Positions 48,167-58,530 of a stretch of DNA of 64,000 nucleotides are shown piece after piece. The notes below the pieces were generated by a model. That model worked only from the letters and a program-made list of their open reading frames with translations. It had not been told where the DNA came from and made no database searches. Origin of the DNA: Candidatus Hydrogenedentota bacterium. Lineage in GTDB: Bacteria; Hydrogenedentota; Hydrogenedentia; Hydrogenedentales; SLHB01. Positions within the stretch are counted from its first letter, which is position 1. Each line of letters opens with the position of its first letter. The stretch covers positions 192,001-256,000 of the forward strand of contig CAXXYE010000009.1 in the NCBI GenBank assembly GCA_963674865.2. The letters are read 5' to 3'. Made by a program: the position numbers and the translations under genes.

Positions 48167-49426
48167 ATGACAGGCAGCGCATGGCTGCGAGCTTTCACCA
48201 TTGTACTCGTATGCTATGGGTTGGCAGCACGCGGCGATGTCCCCGCGCCCGACCAGGGCGGCGCCGACGAGGCCGGGGCAGCTCAGGATGTTCTCTCGCC
48301 CGAACAACGGGAGCAGATCGAGCAACTCGAGGCCATTGGCTATCTCGCCGGATCACGGCAGGCGCCCGTCCGGGAGAATGTCGTTGCGTACAAGCGGGAA
48401 CTGGCCTATCCGGGTATCAATCTGTTCACGTCCGGCCATGCGCCTGAGGCGGTGCTTATGGATATGGACGGCCGCGTGCTTCATACGTGGCGCCGGTCCT
48501 TCCACGATGTCTGGCCCGATCAACCAGAGCCCGAGTCGGGCCGCGGCGAGCGGTGGCGTCGTGCTTATCTCTACGAAAATGGCGATGTATTGGCTGTCTT
48601 CGAGGGCGCGGGCCTTATCAAGGTCGATAAGGACTCGAATCTGCTCTGGGCCTATTCGGGCCACGCCCACCACGACCTCGAGGTTCTTCCCTCGGGCACT
48701 ATCTACGTCCTAACGCGCAAAGCGCATATGATCCCGCACATCCACTTCACGAAGCCGGTGCTTGAAGACTTCATCACGGTGCTGTCGCCGGATGGGGAGG
48801 AGCTGCGCTCCGTATCGATTCTGGAGGCCTTCGAGCGGGCCGGTCTCGGTTTGGAGCTAGCGGATCGGATCCGCGATGCCGGCGACATCTTCCACACGAA
48901 CACGCTCGAGTGGTTTGACGGTTCCCGCGCCAATCATTCCCCGCTGTACCGCCGGGGCAACGTGCTGATCTCTCTCAAGGTGCCCAATATGGTCGCTATT
49001 GTCGATATGGATGCTGAACGCGTCGTTTGGTACACCACCGGGCCTTGGGTGCGGCAGCATCAGCCCGTCCTGCTCGACAACGGCAATATGCTGCTCTTCG
49101 ATAACAACAGCTTCCAAGACTACTCCAAGGTAATCGAGTTCGAACCGCTCACCGGACAGGTTGTCTGGACTTACGTCGGCTCGCCCCCCTCCTCCTTCTA
49201 CACGGAGATGTGTGGATCGAACCAACTGCTGCCCAATGGAAACGTGCTGATCACGGAAACAGAGGGTGGCCGCGCCTTTGAGGTGACGCGTGAGGGAGAG
49301 ATCGTTTGGGAGTACGTGAATCCTTACCGCACGGGCGAGAACGACGAGCAGATCGCGTATATCTTCGAAATGATTCGCCTACGGTTGGATTTCCCCGTAA
49401 GCTGGGCCGCCCCCCCAAGCCCCTAA
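48167..49426 (+). CDS. Arylsulfotransferase (ASST)-like beta-propeller protein, exported
   Basis: Signal peptide; HAHHD, FHTNTL, QHQP, LLFDN, LPNGNVLITE, GEIVWEY. Confidence 0.7.
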   Translation: MTGSAWLRAFTIVLVCYGLAARGDVPAPDQGGADEAGAAQDVLSPEQREQIEQLEAIGYLAGSRQAPVRENVVAYKRELAYPGINLFTSGHAPEAVLMDMDGRVLHTWRRSFHDVWPDQPEPESGRGERWRRAYLYENGDVLAVFEGAGLIKVDKDSNLLWAYSGHAHHDLEVLPSGTIYVLTRKAHMIPHIHFTKPVLEDFITVLSPDGEELRSVSILEAFERAGLGLELADRIRDAGDIFHTNTLEWFDGSRANHSPLYRRGNVLISLKVPNMVAIVDMDAERVVWYTTGPWVRQHQPVLLDNGNMLLFDNNSFQDYSKVIEFEPLTGQVVWTYVGSPPSSFYTEMCGSNQLLPNGNVLITETEGGRAFEVTREGEIVWEYVNPYRTGENDEQIAYIFEMIRLRLDFPVSWAAPPSP

Positions 49427-49482
49427 GAAGTCCGAGCCGGCATCTGATCCTTGAGCGAAGGGGCCACCGCCCGTTATCCCGG

Positions 49483-50952
49483 CTACAGGTAGCCTAGCCC
49501 CTCCAGGAGTTCCTTGGTCCCTTCGTCGACGGACTCCGGCGTAGCTTCCTCGCTCCTTGTCTCTATCCGTATTCTCTCCACTTCCGCATCCAACAACCGA
49601 TTCAGTTGCTCAAGCGCCGGCTGGTACGCAGCATCCTCGGCAAGATTGTGCTCTTCGCCGGGGTCGCTTCCCAGGTCGTACACCTCCACGCTGCCGTCGC
49701 TTCCCCTAATCAGCTTCACGTGATCCTGCCGGACGGTCTTCAGGCGCCGTTTGTATCGCTGCAGCCGCGGATCGCTCCAGCGGCCGGCGGTATCAGGCCT
49801 TGTAAAGCAGTGATTGAGGAAGTACTCGCACAGGATCGGCCGCTCTTGAGTCATATCGCCGGGCAAGAGACTCACTCCCTGGCTCGGATACTCTGCCGCA
49901 TCGATGCCGGCCAACGTCAGGACTGTGGGAAATACATCCGTGAGTTGGGCGGGTCGGTTCTCCCTCGAGCCCGGCGGGAACAGCGCGGGATAATGGATAA
50001 TCAACGGAACACGGAGGGTCTCCTCGTACAGTGCAAGCTGGTGGTTGAGCAGGCCGTGTTCGCCCAGATACTCGCCGTGGTCCGCCGTCACAATGAATAT
50101 CGTGGAATCCCACTGGCCCCCTTTTTGGAGGGCCTTGATCATCTGCCTGATGAGGTAGTCCACATAGCTGACCTCAGCGTCGTAATGCTCGCCGAGGTGA
50201 ACCAATTCCTGCTCATCATAAGCAAGATCACCGAGAATCCAGTCGGCGATGTCCGCCTCGAGGCATCGATCCAGGTAGGCGTCGTCGCTCAGGAAGAGGC
50301 CGAAGGCCTCCTTTGACGAATCGTACGGGCTGTGCGCCTCCATGAGGTTGACGAAGACAAAGAGCGGCTCGGGCCCCTTCTGTTCAAAGGCCGTCTTGAA
50401 CGCATCCACGGCCTGGTTCTTGTACGGCGTCTTCATTTCCGTGGTCAGATAGGCGTCGAAGCCCTGCCCGAAGCCGTATTCCGGACTGACGATCTTGTTC
50501 TCCGAGATTCCCAGGGTGGCATAGCCATGTTCCGACAAGATCTCAGCCAACGTCACCAGGTGCTCATGGAGTTCCAAATGCTCCCAATGCGTCCCATGCC
50601 CGCTGGGATAAAGCCCTGTGAACAGTGAGGCGTGGGAGGGGATGGTCCAACATGACGTCGACCATGCGTCGTCATAGGTGCGCGATGTTTCACTCAGCGT
50701 GACGAGTCCGGGGCTGGTATTGCGCGCATAGCCGTAACAGGATAGGTGGTCCCGGCGAACCGTATCCATCACGATTAACACCACGTTCGGCCTTGCCGGG
50801 ATGTCGGCTGCCGTTGACGTACTTGCCTCGACCTCCTGGCTCCCCGCGGGTCCGGCCCCATCGCAGCCGCAGAGAATGATGCTCACAGCCGCCAGCACCA
50901 GGATAGTCATTGAAACCACGCCCCGGCCTGAGGGCACTCCCCGGGAGTTCAT
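49483..50952 (-). CDS. Sulfatase-like (alkaline phosphatase superfamily) hydrolase/transferase; start uncertain
   Basis: PNVVLIVMDTVRRD, WTIPSHASLFTG, HSPY, TADHGE, YDL..DPGE. Confidence 0.8.
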   Translation of the reverse strand: MNSRGVPSGRGVVSMTILVLAAVSIILCGCDGAGPAGSQEVEASTSTAADIPARPNVVLIVMDTVRRDHLSCYGYARNTSPGLVTLSETSRTYDDAWSTSCWTIPSHASLFTGLYPSGHGTHWEHLELHEHLVTLAEILSEHGYATLGISENKIVSPEYGFGQGFDAYLTTEMKTPYKNQAVDAFKTAFEQKGPEPLFVFVNLMEAHSPYDSSKEAFGLFLSDDAYLDRCLEADIADWILGDLAYDEQELVHLGEHYDAEVSYVDYLIRQMIKALQKGGQWDSTIFIVTADHGEYLGEHGLLNHQLALYEETLRVPLIIHYPALFPPGSRENRPAQLTDVFPTVLTLAGIDAAEYPSQGVSLLPGDMTQERPILCEYFLNHCFTRPDTAGRWSDPRLQRYKRRLKTVRQDHVKLIRGSDGSVEVYDLGSDPGEEHNLAEDAAYQPALEQLNRLLDAEVERIRIETRSEEATPESVDEGTKELLEGLGYL

Positions 50953-51046
50953 CAGGTATGCTTCCTTGACTTGAGGTTTCATTGGCCTGCGGGACTGCCT
51001 AGACATCTGTTGGGCGCCGTCGTTGGTCGAAATCGACGATTCCCGC

Positions 51047-51075
51047 ATCATAACGGGGCTTCTGGGCGCTGTCAA
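51047..51075 (-). promoter_or_regulatory. Sigma70-type promoter of the sulfatase-like gene
   Basis: Minus strand TTGACA-17 bp-TATGAT. Confidence 0.6.
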
Positions 51076-51092
51076 TGCTCGAAATCCGGGCC

Positions 51093-52323
51093 CTAAGTGA
51101 TCCCCAGTTTTGCGATAGGTGCATGAATAAGGGCCAAACACGAGTTTCCGACCTGTATACTGGCGAAAGTCGACCAAAACCGTCGTCAGCAGGAGGATTT
51201 TTCATGTTTGGCCCGAGCAAGATTATGAAGTGGTTCGACCGGAATCTGCAAGAGGTGCGACGGTCGCGACGCAAGACGCTGGCCCATATCGCGGCAGGAG
51301 CCATGAAGATGAAAGGGGTCGGCGTGTTGGCGTTGGGACGCGCCATGGATGGCCCGGCACTCGCAAAGCACCGTATTAAAAGGGTGGATCGCTTCTTAGG
51401 CAATGAGCAGGTGGAAGCCTTCGCCATTGCCAAGGCGTTGTTCAACATCCTGCGAGGCCAAGACCGACGGCCCTTGGTCCTGGTCGATTGGACGGATCGC
51501 GGTGCCTTCGAACAACTGGTTCTCTCCATTCCCCAAGACGGCCGCTCTATGCCGTTCCACGCCATCTCCATCGATTCGACCAAATTCGGGACGGAAAGTG
51601 AAGGGGCTCTCATCCAAGCTGAACGAGAGATTCTGCGAGACCTGCACGCCATGTGTCCGCCCGGCGTGACTCCGATTATCGTGGCCGACCGGGGCTTCGG
51701 AAACGAGCGCTGGATACGCGATGTCACAAACTGGGGATGGTGCTTTGTGCAGCGTCTGTCCAAGAATCATTGGGTCGAAACCGAGCACCACATCGGCACC
51801 CTCCCCGAACTGGGGATACGGCGAGGCTATCGCCCCAAAGACTGGGGCTGGGGCACGATGGGAGAAAAGGACGCCGACAACAAGACGCCCTTTCGGCTGG
51901 TCACCGTCTTCGGTTGGGAGGCCGACGAGCCGTGGTATCTCATTACAAACATTGAAGATCGCGAGGCCCGGGCCATCACATCCATCTACGCGAAGCGCTG
52001 GTGGACTGAAATGATGTTTCGAGATCTGAAGAACCGCAAATGGGGGCTCGGCATGGACGAAGTGAAACTCACCTCCCGCCAGCGCACCGCTGTGCACTTC
52101 ATCATCGTCATGCTTGCCTTCATTCTTCTGTGCGCCTTCGGCGCCTTCGCCGAAACCAAAGACTTCGGCGAACAACTCAAAGCAAACACCGCCGAGAACA
52201 GAGCCCTCTCCCTCGCCGCCACAGGAAACCACTTCATCGAATTCATCGGACGAACCACCGTTGCTATGGCCATCGCTAGATTGGTCTACGCACCTACATA
52301 GAACCAAACTGGGGAGTACTCAG
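51093..52323 (+). mobile_element. IS4-family insertion sequence (IS10-like ends), 1231 bp
   Basis: IRL CTAAGTGATCCCCAGTTT, IRR reverse complement CTGAGTACTCCCCAGTTT (15/18); 9-bp TSD ATCCGGGCC at 51084-51092 and 52324-52332. Confidence 0.92.
51204..52301 (+). CDS. IS4-family DDE transposase
   Basis: VDWT, VADRGF, EPWYLIT, YAKRWWTEMMFRDLK (YREK); RBS AGGAGG. Confidence 0.9.
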   Translation: MFGPSKIMKWFDRNLQEVRRSRRKTLAHIAAGAMKMKGVGVLALGRAMDGPALAKHRIKRVDRFLGNEQVEAFAIAKALFNILRGQDRRPLVLVDWTDRGAFEQLVLSIPQDGRSMPFHAISIDSTKFGTESEGALIQAEREILRDLHAMCPPGVTPIIVADRGFGNERWIRDVTNWGWCFVQRLSKNHWVETEHHIGTLPELGIRRGYRPKDWGWGTMGEKDADNKTPFRLVTVFGWEADEPWYLITNIEDREARAITSIYAKRWWTEMMFRDLKNRKWGLGMDEVKLTSRQRTAVHFIIVMLAFILLCAFGAFAETKDFGEQLKANTAENRALSLAATGNHFIEFIGRTTVAMAIARLVYAPT

Positions 52324-52387
52324 ATCCGGGCCAGTTTGCCTCGTGGGAAGGGCCGCCGTTCCGTCCTGGCCGGCGGCCGCTCGCATG

Positions 52388-52723
52388 CTAACCTCGCTCG
52401 CGGCCCTGTGCCTGGCCGGCTCTTCCTCCCCTGTGCGACTGGACCTCTTCGAGTTCCCGGAACTTCCCGCTCATGGCGTGATACTCATTGAGGCCGATGA
52501 TGAATATGACGACCGCGGCGATGATGAAGAGCCATCCGATGCCTAGGACAAGCCCGCCGCCGAAGAACTTGATAAAGCCGGCACCCGTTACCAGAAATGC
52601 AAGGGAAGTGCGGATATAGGCCAGGAAGGTACGTTGATTTGCAAGGACCGTCCGGTCGAGGGCCAGGAAATCGCGGAGGATCAGTTCCTCCGCACGGAAC
52701 TCACGGTAGGGTTCATGAGCCAT
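52388..52723 (-). CDS. DUF202/YidH-like inner membrane protein
   Basis: RDFLALDRTVLANQRTFLAYIRT plus two TM helices. Confidence 0.8.
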   Translation of the reverse strand: MAHEPYREFRAEELILRDFLALDRTVLANQRTFLAYIRTSLAFLVTGAGFIKFFGGGLVLGIGWLFIIAAVVIFIIGLNEYHAMSGKFRELEEVQSHRGGRAGQAQGRERG

Positions 52724-52770
52724 GAAATACCTCCAGCTACGTCGCTTCGCGCCTGGTTATGGCTGCAACT

Positions 52771-54543
52771 CTACCATTTCGGCGACGTATCCTGCATCAT
52801 CAGCACGCCGCCGTCGTCCCCCGGACCGAAGCGGCGGAGCGCCTTCATCAGGGGGCGAAGCCTTCCCGGGATTCGGAACGCGGCGACCGCACTCCCCTCC
52901 CCTTCGCTGTTGTCGGGGCCCTCGCCGAAGGCCATCTCTAGGCCCATCTCCATGACGTCCTGCTCGCGGGGGAAGACGCGCACCTTCACGCCGGCGCCCT
53001 CGGGGATGCCCGCCGCCTCTTTGGCGAGGCGCAGGGCATCGGGATATCCTCCCAGCGCATCGACCAGTCCCAGGGCCAGCGCGTCCCGGCCGGTCCAGGC
53101 CCGGCCTTTAGCGATTTCGAGCACCCGATCTTTGCTCAGTTTGCGTCCCTCGGCCACTTTGTCCGTGAAATCCTCGTAGATTTGGTCCAGAAAGGCTTCG
53201 AGGCGTGTCCACTGCTCCGGACTGAAGTCTCGCGTGCCGGCCCACATCGTCGCGTTCTCGCTGGTGTGGACCTCGTCCCAGGCGACGCCGAGTTTGTCCC
53301 AAAATCCCGAGGTGAGCATCTTCCCCGCGAAAACGCCGATGGAGCCGGTAAGTGTTCCCGGCTGGGCGACGATCTTGTCCGCGGCCATGGCGACGAAGTA
53401 GCCGCCGGATCCGGCCAAATTCCCCATGGAGACGATGACGGGTTTGCCCGCTTCTCTCGCCCGAACGGTTTCGCGCCAGATGGTATCGGAGGCCACTGCC
53501 GAGCCTCCGGGGCTGTCGACGCGGAAGATAATCGCCTTCACGTTGTTGTCCTTGATTGCGGTTCGGAAGGCCGCTGTGACCGTGTCGGATCCCATAGTGG
53601 GCCCAAAGGCGGGGCTATAGCCGCTCGCTCCGCGCATCACCGGCCCCACTCCATAGATGAGCGCCACGGTGGCGCCCTTGGCGTGAGGTCTGCCTGCCCG
53701 CGCCAGGTACTTCCCGTGGTAAAGGAATTGCCCGCCGGCCCCCTTCCTGACCCGTTCGTAGACCTCATCCCTGTATAAGAGCCCGTCGACCAGTCCTGCG
53801 TCGAGCGCCTCCTGCGCCAGGAGCGGGCCTTTGTCGACGAGGTCCCGAACCTGCTCTTCCGACAGATCCCGGGCGTCTGCAACGCCTTCGACTATCTGGC
53901 TGAATACGGACTCCATGATCTGCTGCACGGATTCCCGGTGGGGCTCAGTGTACCCGTGCTCCGTGAAGGTATTGACGGCGTTCTTGTATTCCTCGCGCCG
54001 GTCGAGACGGGGCGTAACGCCGAGCTTGTCGAGCGCGCCTCTCAAGAACGGCTGCTCCATGATGAGTCCCGTCAGTCCGAGGCAGCCGGTAGGTTGGAGG
54101 TAGATCTCGTCGAAGGCGCTGGCGAGGTAATACGCGCCGTTGCCCGGGCCGAAGTCACCGAATGTCTCCGCGTAGGCGACGGCTCGCTTACCATGACTCC
54201 GGAAGGCGATCACGGCGTCTCGCAGTTCCTGGACGACTGCCGGCCCCATTCGCGACACGCCCACGCGCGCGATGAGGCCCGTCACCCGTTCGTCGCCCGA
54301 TGCCTTCTCGAGGGCGTCGACCACATCGCGCACCCTCGTCAGAGAAGATAGCGTCACCTGCGCCACCGGATCATTCGGCACGTATTCAATGAAGCCTCGC
54401 TCCAAGTCGACCTCAAGGATTATACGTTCCGGGACGCTCCGGTTGCCCACGAGCCATAGCGCCCCCGTAAGCACGCCCATTACGATGTTGGCGAGCGCAA
54501 ACACGCCCAGCGCGATCAGGAAGATCTTCAGAAAACGTTTCAT
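52771..54543 (-). CDS. sppA: Signal peptide peptidase SppA, 67K type
   Basis: YYLAS, EYKNA, RVDSPGGSAVAS, SMGNLAGSGGY, TGSIGV, GRAWTG. Confidence 0.9.
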   Translation of the reverse strand: MKRFLKIFLIALGVFALANIVMGVLTGALWLVGNRSVPERIILEVDLERGFIEYVPNDPVAQVTLSSLTRVRDVVDALEKASGDERVTGLIARVGVSRMGPAVVQELRDAVIAFRSHGKRAVAYAETFGDFGPGNGAYYLASAFDEIYLQPTGCLGLTGLIMEQPFLRGALDKLGVTPRLDRREEYKNAVNTFTEHGYTEPHRESVQQIMESVFSQIVEGVADARDLSEEQVRDLVDKGPLLAQEALDAGLVDGLLYRDEVYERVRKGAGGQFLYHGKYLARAGRPHAKGATVALIYGVGPVMRGASGYSPAFGPTMGSDTVTAAFRTAIKDNNVKAIIFRVDSPGGSAVASDTIWRETVRAREAGKPVIVSMGNLAGSGGYFVAMAADKIVAQPGTLTGSIGVFAGKMLTSGFWDKLGVAWDEVHTSENATMWAGTRDFSPEQWTRLEAFLDQIYEDFTDKVAEGRKLSKDRVLEIAKGRAWTGRDALALGLVDALGGYPDALRLAKEAAGIPEGAGVKVRVFPREQDVMEMGLEMAFGEGPDNSEGEGSAVAAFRIPGRLRPLMKALRRFGPGDDGGVLMMQDTSPKW

Positions 54544-54726
54544 AGCCATTCTCCTCGGCAGGTAACTGGATATCCCGCCTCTTTTCGCACGGCGCGCTGA
54601 TGGTGTAGGCTCTGGACTCGGCGGGTGCGCCGTTGCGGTGATGGTAGGAGCATCGCTTGGGACTGTCAATGTTCATTACTCCTATGAACGCGTTGACTTG
54701 ACGATTACTCGGAGGGAGCGTGAGCG

Positions 54727-55704
54727 ATGAAACGCGGTTCGGCTGATTCGAAGCTGGCGCGGGTGAAGGAGATCGCGCAAGGCGCGATAGGCGATGCCGA
54801 GAAACAAGAACTGCGCAATCTTCTCCGCCGCGCGCAAGGTGCCGTCGTCATGAAGGTGGCGTTGTTGGCCGCCCGCCGCGGCCTTGACGAACTGGTCCCC
54901 GACCTTACCGCCGCCTTCGGCCGGTTCATGTCCTTGCCCGCCAAGAGCGACTCCGGCTGTCTGGCAAAAGTGGCCATCGTCGAGGCGCTGAACACGTTGG
55001 GCCACGACCACACGCCGACATTCCTCCAAGGCATTCGCCATGTGCAGATGGAGCCGGTTTACGGTGGGCGAGCGGACACGGCGGCCGTGCTGCGGGGTCG
55101 GTGCGGAGCGGCCCTGGCAAGGATCGATCATCCCGACGCACGCACGGAACTGGTTACGCTGCTCATGGATCGCGAGGTAGAGGCGCGGCGTTCGGCCGTC
55201 AAGGCGCTTGCGTACTTGGGCGGCGAATCGTGCGAGTTGGTCCTGCGCGTGAAAGTTCTCGCGGGAGACGAGGAGAAAGAAGTCACCCTGGACTGTCTGA
55301 ACGCCCTCATCGAGATCGCGCCGGAGCATTCCCTCGAATTCGTAGCCGGCTATCTGAACTCCCCGGACGCGGCCCTGGCTGAGGGTGCTGCTCTTGCCCT
55401 CGCGGAGACTCGCTCCTCCGAGGCCTATGGGATCCTCCGGGAGCATTGGGATCGAAATGTGGACGCGGACACCAGGGAGATGCTTCTCCTGCCCTTTGCC
55501 CTACTGCGCAATGACGATGGCTTCGAGTTCCTGCTCGACCTCGTTACGGAAGCTCGCGGCGGCATCGCGGCTACCGCGGTCGAGGCGCTACGCATCTACC
55601 GCGGCGACCCGGCGCGGGCCGCGCGTGTCAGCGACGCGGTTAGCCGGCGCGATGATCGGGCCGTCACACGTGCATACGCCGAGGCGTTCCCGGAAGCGTC
55701 CTGA
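54727..55704 (+). CDS. HEAT-repeat-like protein
   Basis: Repeated helical units such as ARRSAVKALAYLG and LAEGAALALAE. Confidence 0.6.
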   Translation: MKRGSADSKLARVKEIAQGAIGDAEKQELRNLLRRAQGAVVMKVALLAARRGLDELVPDLTAAFGRFMSLPAKSDSGCLAKVAIVEALNTLGHDHTPTFLQGIRHVQMEPVYGGRADTAAVLRGRCGAALARIDHPDARTELVTLLMDREVEARRSAVKALAYLGGESCELVLRVKVLAGDEEKEVTLDCLNALIEIAPEHSLEFVAGYLNSPDAALAEGAALALAETRSSEAYGILREHWDRNVDADTREMLLLPFALLRNDDGFEFLLDLVTEARGGIAATAVEALRIYRGDPARAARVSDAVSRRDDRAVTRAYAEAFPEAS

Positions 55705-55715
55705 CGCACCGGCTT

Positions 55716-58322
55716 CTATCTTCCCGTATAGGCGAACACGTAGGGCGGAGGGTCGCGCCAATCCGGCACGGCGGGATACCAGAGGCGCCGGGCCAATTGG
55801 CCGGGTGCGTCGGCGTCGCTCGCGGCTACGGCCAGCCCAAGCGTGCTCTCGCTGTCAGGGCCGATCCCTCCGAGCATGCTCCAGGGGATGGCGCACTCCC
55901 ACGTATACCCGCCGGGTGTCTCCATCATGGCCACGGCCGTTCCCGGATCGTTGGCGGGCGCCTTCTCTCGATCCTCGTAATCGCGAGACGCGAGCACCAT
56001 GTCCCGCATGATCGTCAGGAGGCACGGCTTCCCTGTCGCGTCGTCGAGCAGTAGGTAATAGATCGCGTCCTCGCGCTCATCATTGTCCGTGTCAAAGAGG
56101 ATACCTATCGAATCGGCCCGGTATACGCGGCCCACCCGAATCGGCACGGCAGGCGTGTCTTGTACCTCGGCCGACACGTAGAGCGCCTCGTCGCCCCGAG
56201 CGAACCGGAGCGCCACGGCGTAGTCATTGTCCGTCAACGTAAGGGCCGGCTCCGGCCAGCCCTCATCGCCGAGCCTCCCGTCAATGGCAAAGGTGGTGTG
56301 AATTCGGGGGATGGCGAGGACGGTAGGCGGTTCCGCCGCCGGCGGCAGTTCCGCCCCGAGTTCCCGAAGGTAGCGGCGGAGCAGCGGCGCCATGCCTGCG
56401 TCTCTGTAAAGTCCGTAATCGGCCTTGTAAGCGGCGAACAAGTCCAAGGCCCGTCGAGCATGAAAGGCGCACTGTTCGCGCGCATCACGCGCGGCGGACG
56501 CGGGGAGGTCCGGCTCATCTTTGTAGTACCAGAGCCAAATCGCTTGCTGGTAGTGGGTTAAGAGATTCACAATGGCGTCGAAATGGCGGAAACTCTCGAT
56601 AACTCGCTCGGCGTCGTCAGCCGACCTCATTTCCCGCGTAGCCGCCTCGGCCTGGGTGATCATCGCCGCGCTCAGTGCCCGCGTCTCCTCGGCTTCTGCA
56701 AGAAGCAGCGGCACCTTCCCACGCACGTGATTGTCGCGGTACGCGTCGCCGTGTGGGTCCTTGACGATCTGGTAGTAGTGCCGGCCGTCGGTGAAGCACT
56801 TGCGGTGCGTAATGGCGTAGGCGTCCCGCTTCCGGCTCGAGAAGCCATTGACATAGAAGGTGCGGCGCGCGATTTCCTGCGTCATCATGAGTGCATCCGC
56901 GAGCGGCTCCGCGCCCTCGGGCCCGAACTCGATCACGGCCCTGTCGCGCGCCCATTCCCAAGGGTCGCCCTCGGGCTCCCAACAGGCGCGGTACCAGGCG
57001 TAGAGGTTCCAGCGTGTCCATGATAGGGGCTCATAGAAATTCTTGCTGTACCACATGCGCCCCTCGGCCGTTTCAGTCGCGCCGAGCCGGCGGCAGCGGC
57101 TCATGTCATCCCGTATTCGGGGGCCGATGTACACCGGAAGGTAGCCTTGCCCCTCGTATTCCCGATCCATTTGTATCATGATCCCTTGCGGGATGTTCGT
57201 TACGCCGAAGTTGTCGTTGAAAGGAGAGGGCAAGTAGAAGTCGTGCTCGCAATGATTGTTCTGGAGGCAGATGTTTCGTGGGGAGATGTTCTCGAAGATC
57301 GTGCGGAGCGCCTGGGGATCATTCAGCGGATACGTGTCGGGCGGATTGCCCCACGACGTGATAATCATCCGCTTCCCGAACTCGTCTACGACCACATCGT
57401 AGGCGCGCTCGACCATACGCTGGAAGCCTCCCACAGGCCCCAGGGCCTCCGCCTTTGGGCCGCGGGCCGCCGCGATCTGATAGCGCTGCGGGAAATCCTG
57501 CATGCTGGCGCGGAGGCCGCCTATCTCCGGAAAGTCGCGCAGAAACAGTCGCTGGTACGCCTGCCAAATCTCCCACGGCTTGTCCAAGGCCGGCGACAGC
57601 GTTAGGCCGTCCTCGCTAACCTCCTCACCGAACACCTCGATCACCTTGTCGATGTCGCCGATGTCCAGGAATGGCCCGCATCCCGATACCGGCTCCAAGC
57701 CCCAGGCCTTGAGCGCTGCAATTTGCTCCCTCAGTGCCGCGCGACGTGCATCGACTGTCCGTCGATGGTTTTCCACGCCCGTGACGAGCCGTGGATCCAC
57801 CTCGTCGAGGTAGATGTAGGAGCGGGCCGAGACAATATTGCGCGCGTTGCACGTGTGGCGCAGATCCAGTTCGAATACGGATTGGGGGCCTCTCTCGGGT
57901 GCGGGCGTATTGGCGCCGAGGTCCACGCGATCGCGGTATCGGAATGCAGGCGCCCGGGCGTCCTGCCGTTCGAGAGCGGCCGCGCCCTCGATAGCGAGGC
58001 GTTCCGCCAGCCAAATCATCCCGTAAAGTGCGCCGTGCCAGTCTCTTCCAACAACGTACACCGCCTGCTCCTCAGGTACGGGGCACAATGCGAAGCCCTC
58101 CGACGTCTCGGGGACATTCGCCGTCAGATCCGCCGAGCTTCCAAAGGACTCGATGGTGGCGACATGGACAGAGGCCTGTCCTACGAGAGACTCGCCTGCA
58201 GCCTCAACAAGGCCACAGACGTAGCGCATTGGCGGCGCGTCGGCTTCCAGCGGGGGCGCAACGTGAATATCGATGCCGCATAGCGTTATTACTGTAAGGA
58301 AATACGTGCCGATGAGGTACAA
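55716..58322 (-). CDS. Divergent GH67/GH115-like glycoside hydrolase with a C-terminal CBM9-like domain
   Basis: VVGRDWHGALYG...PAFRYR; QMDREYEGQG; IDGRLGDEGW, LYVSAEVQD, YTWECAIPW. Confidence 0.55.
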   Translation of the reverse strand: MYLIGTYFLTVITLCGIDIHVAPPLEADAPPMRYVCGLVEAAGESLVGQASVHVATIESFGSSADLTANVPETSEGFALCPVPEEQAVYVVGRDWHGALYGMIWLAERLAIEGAAALERQDARAPAFRYRDRVDLGANTPAPERGPQSVFELDLRHTCNARNIVSARSYIYLDEVDPRLVTGVENHRRTVDARRAALREQIAALKAWGLEPVSGCGPFLDIGDIDKVIEVFGEEVSEDGLTLSPALDKPWEIWQAYQRLFLRDFPEIGGLRASMQDFPQRYQIAAARGPKAEALGPVGGFQRMVERAYDVVVDEFGKRMIITSWGNPPDTYPLNDPQALRTIFENISPRNICLQNNHCEHDFYLPSPFNDNFGVTNIPQGIMIQMDREYEGQGYLPVYIGPRIRDDMSRCRRLGATETAEGRMWYSKNFYEPLSWTRWNLYAWYRACWEPEGDPWEWARDRAVIEFGPEGAEPLADALMMTQEIARRTFYVNGFSSRKRDAYAITHRKCFTDGRHYYQIVKDPHGDAYRDNHVRGKVPLLLAEAEETRALSAAMITQAEAATREMRSADDAERVIESFRHFDAIVNLLTHYQQAIWLWYYKDEPDLPASAARDAREQCAFHARRALDLFAAYKADYGLYRDAGMAPLLRRYLRELGAELPPAAEPPTVLAIPRIHTTFAIDGRLGDEGWPEPALTLTDNDYAVALRFARGDEALYVSAEVQDTPAVPIRVGRVYRADSIGILFDTDNDEREDAIYYLLLDDATGKPCLLTIMRDMVLASRDYEDREKAPANDPGTAVAMMETPGGYTWECAIPWSMLGGIGPDSESTLGLAVAASDADAPGQLARRLWYPAVPDWRDPPPYVFAYTGR

Positions 58323-58530
58323 GGGCTTCGGACTCCTTTTTGATGTTCAGTTTGCGTACCTTGGTATGGGAAACGCGTGGATAGTAACACAGCATCTCGG
58401 CCGGCGTCCCGCGCTTTGGCCCGTCGTGCAGCGCTACCCTCAGTCCGTCCGCCCGGTTTCTATTTGATCCGTTGCAATGTATACTCTCATTAGGTACCTG
58501 AGGAAGCGCCGATCAAGAGGTTTGGCTGTT

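Noticed and set aside
50953..51177. N-terminal extension of the sulfatase-like ORF
   Set aside because: Runs through its own promoter and into the IS left end
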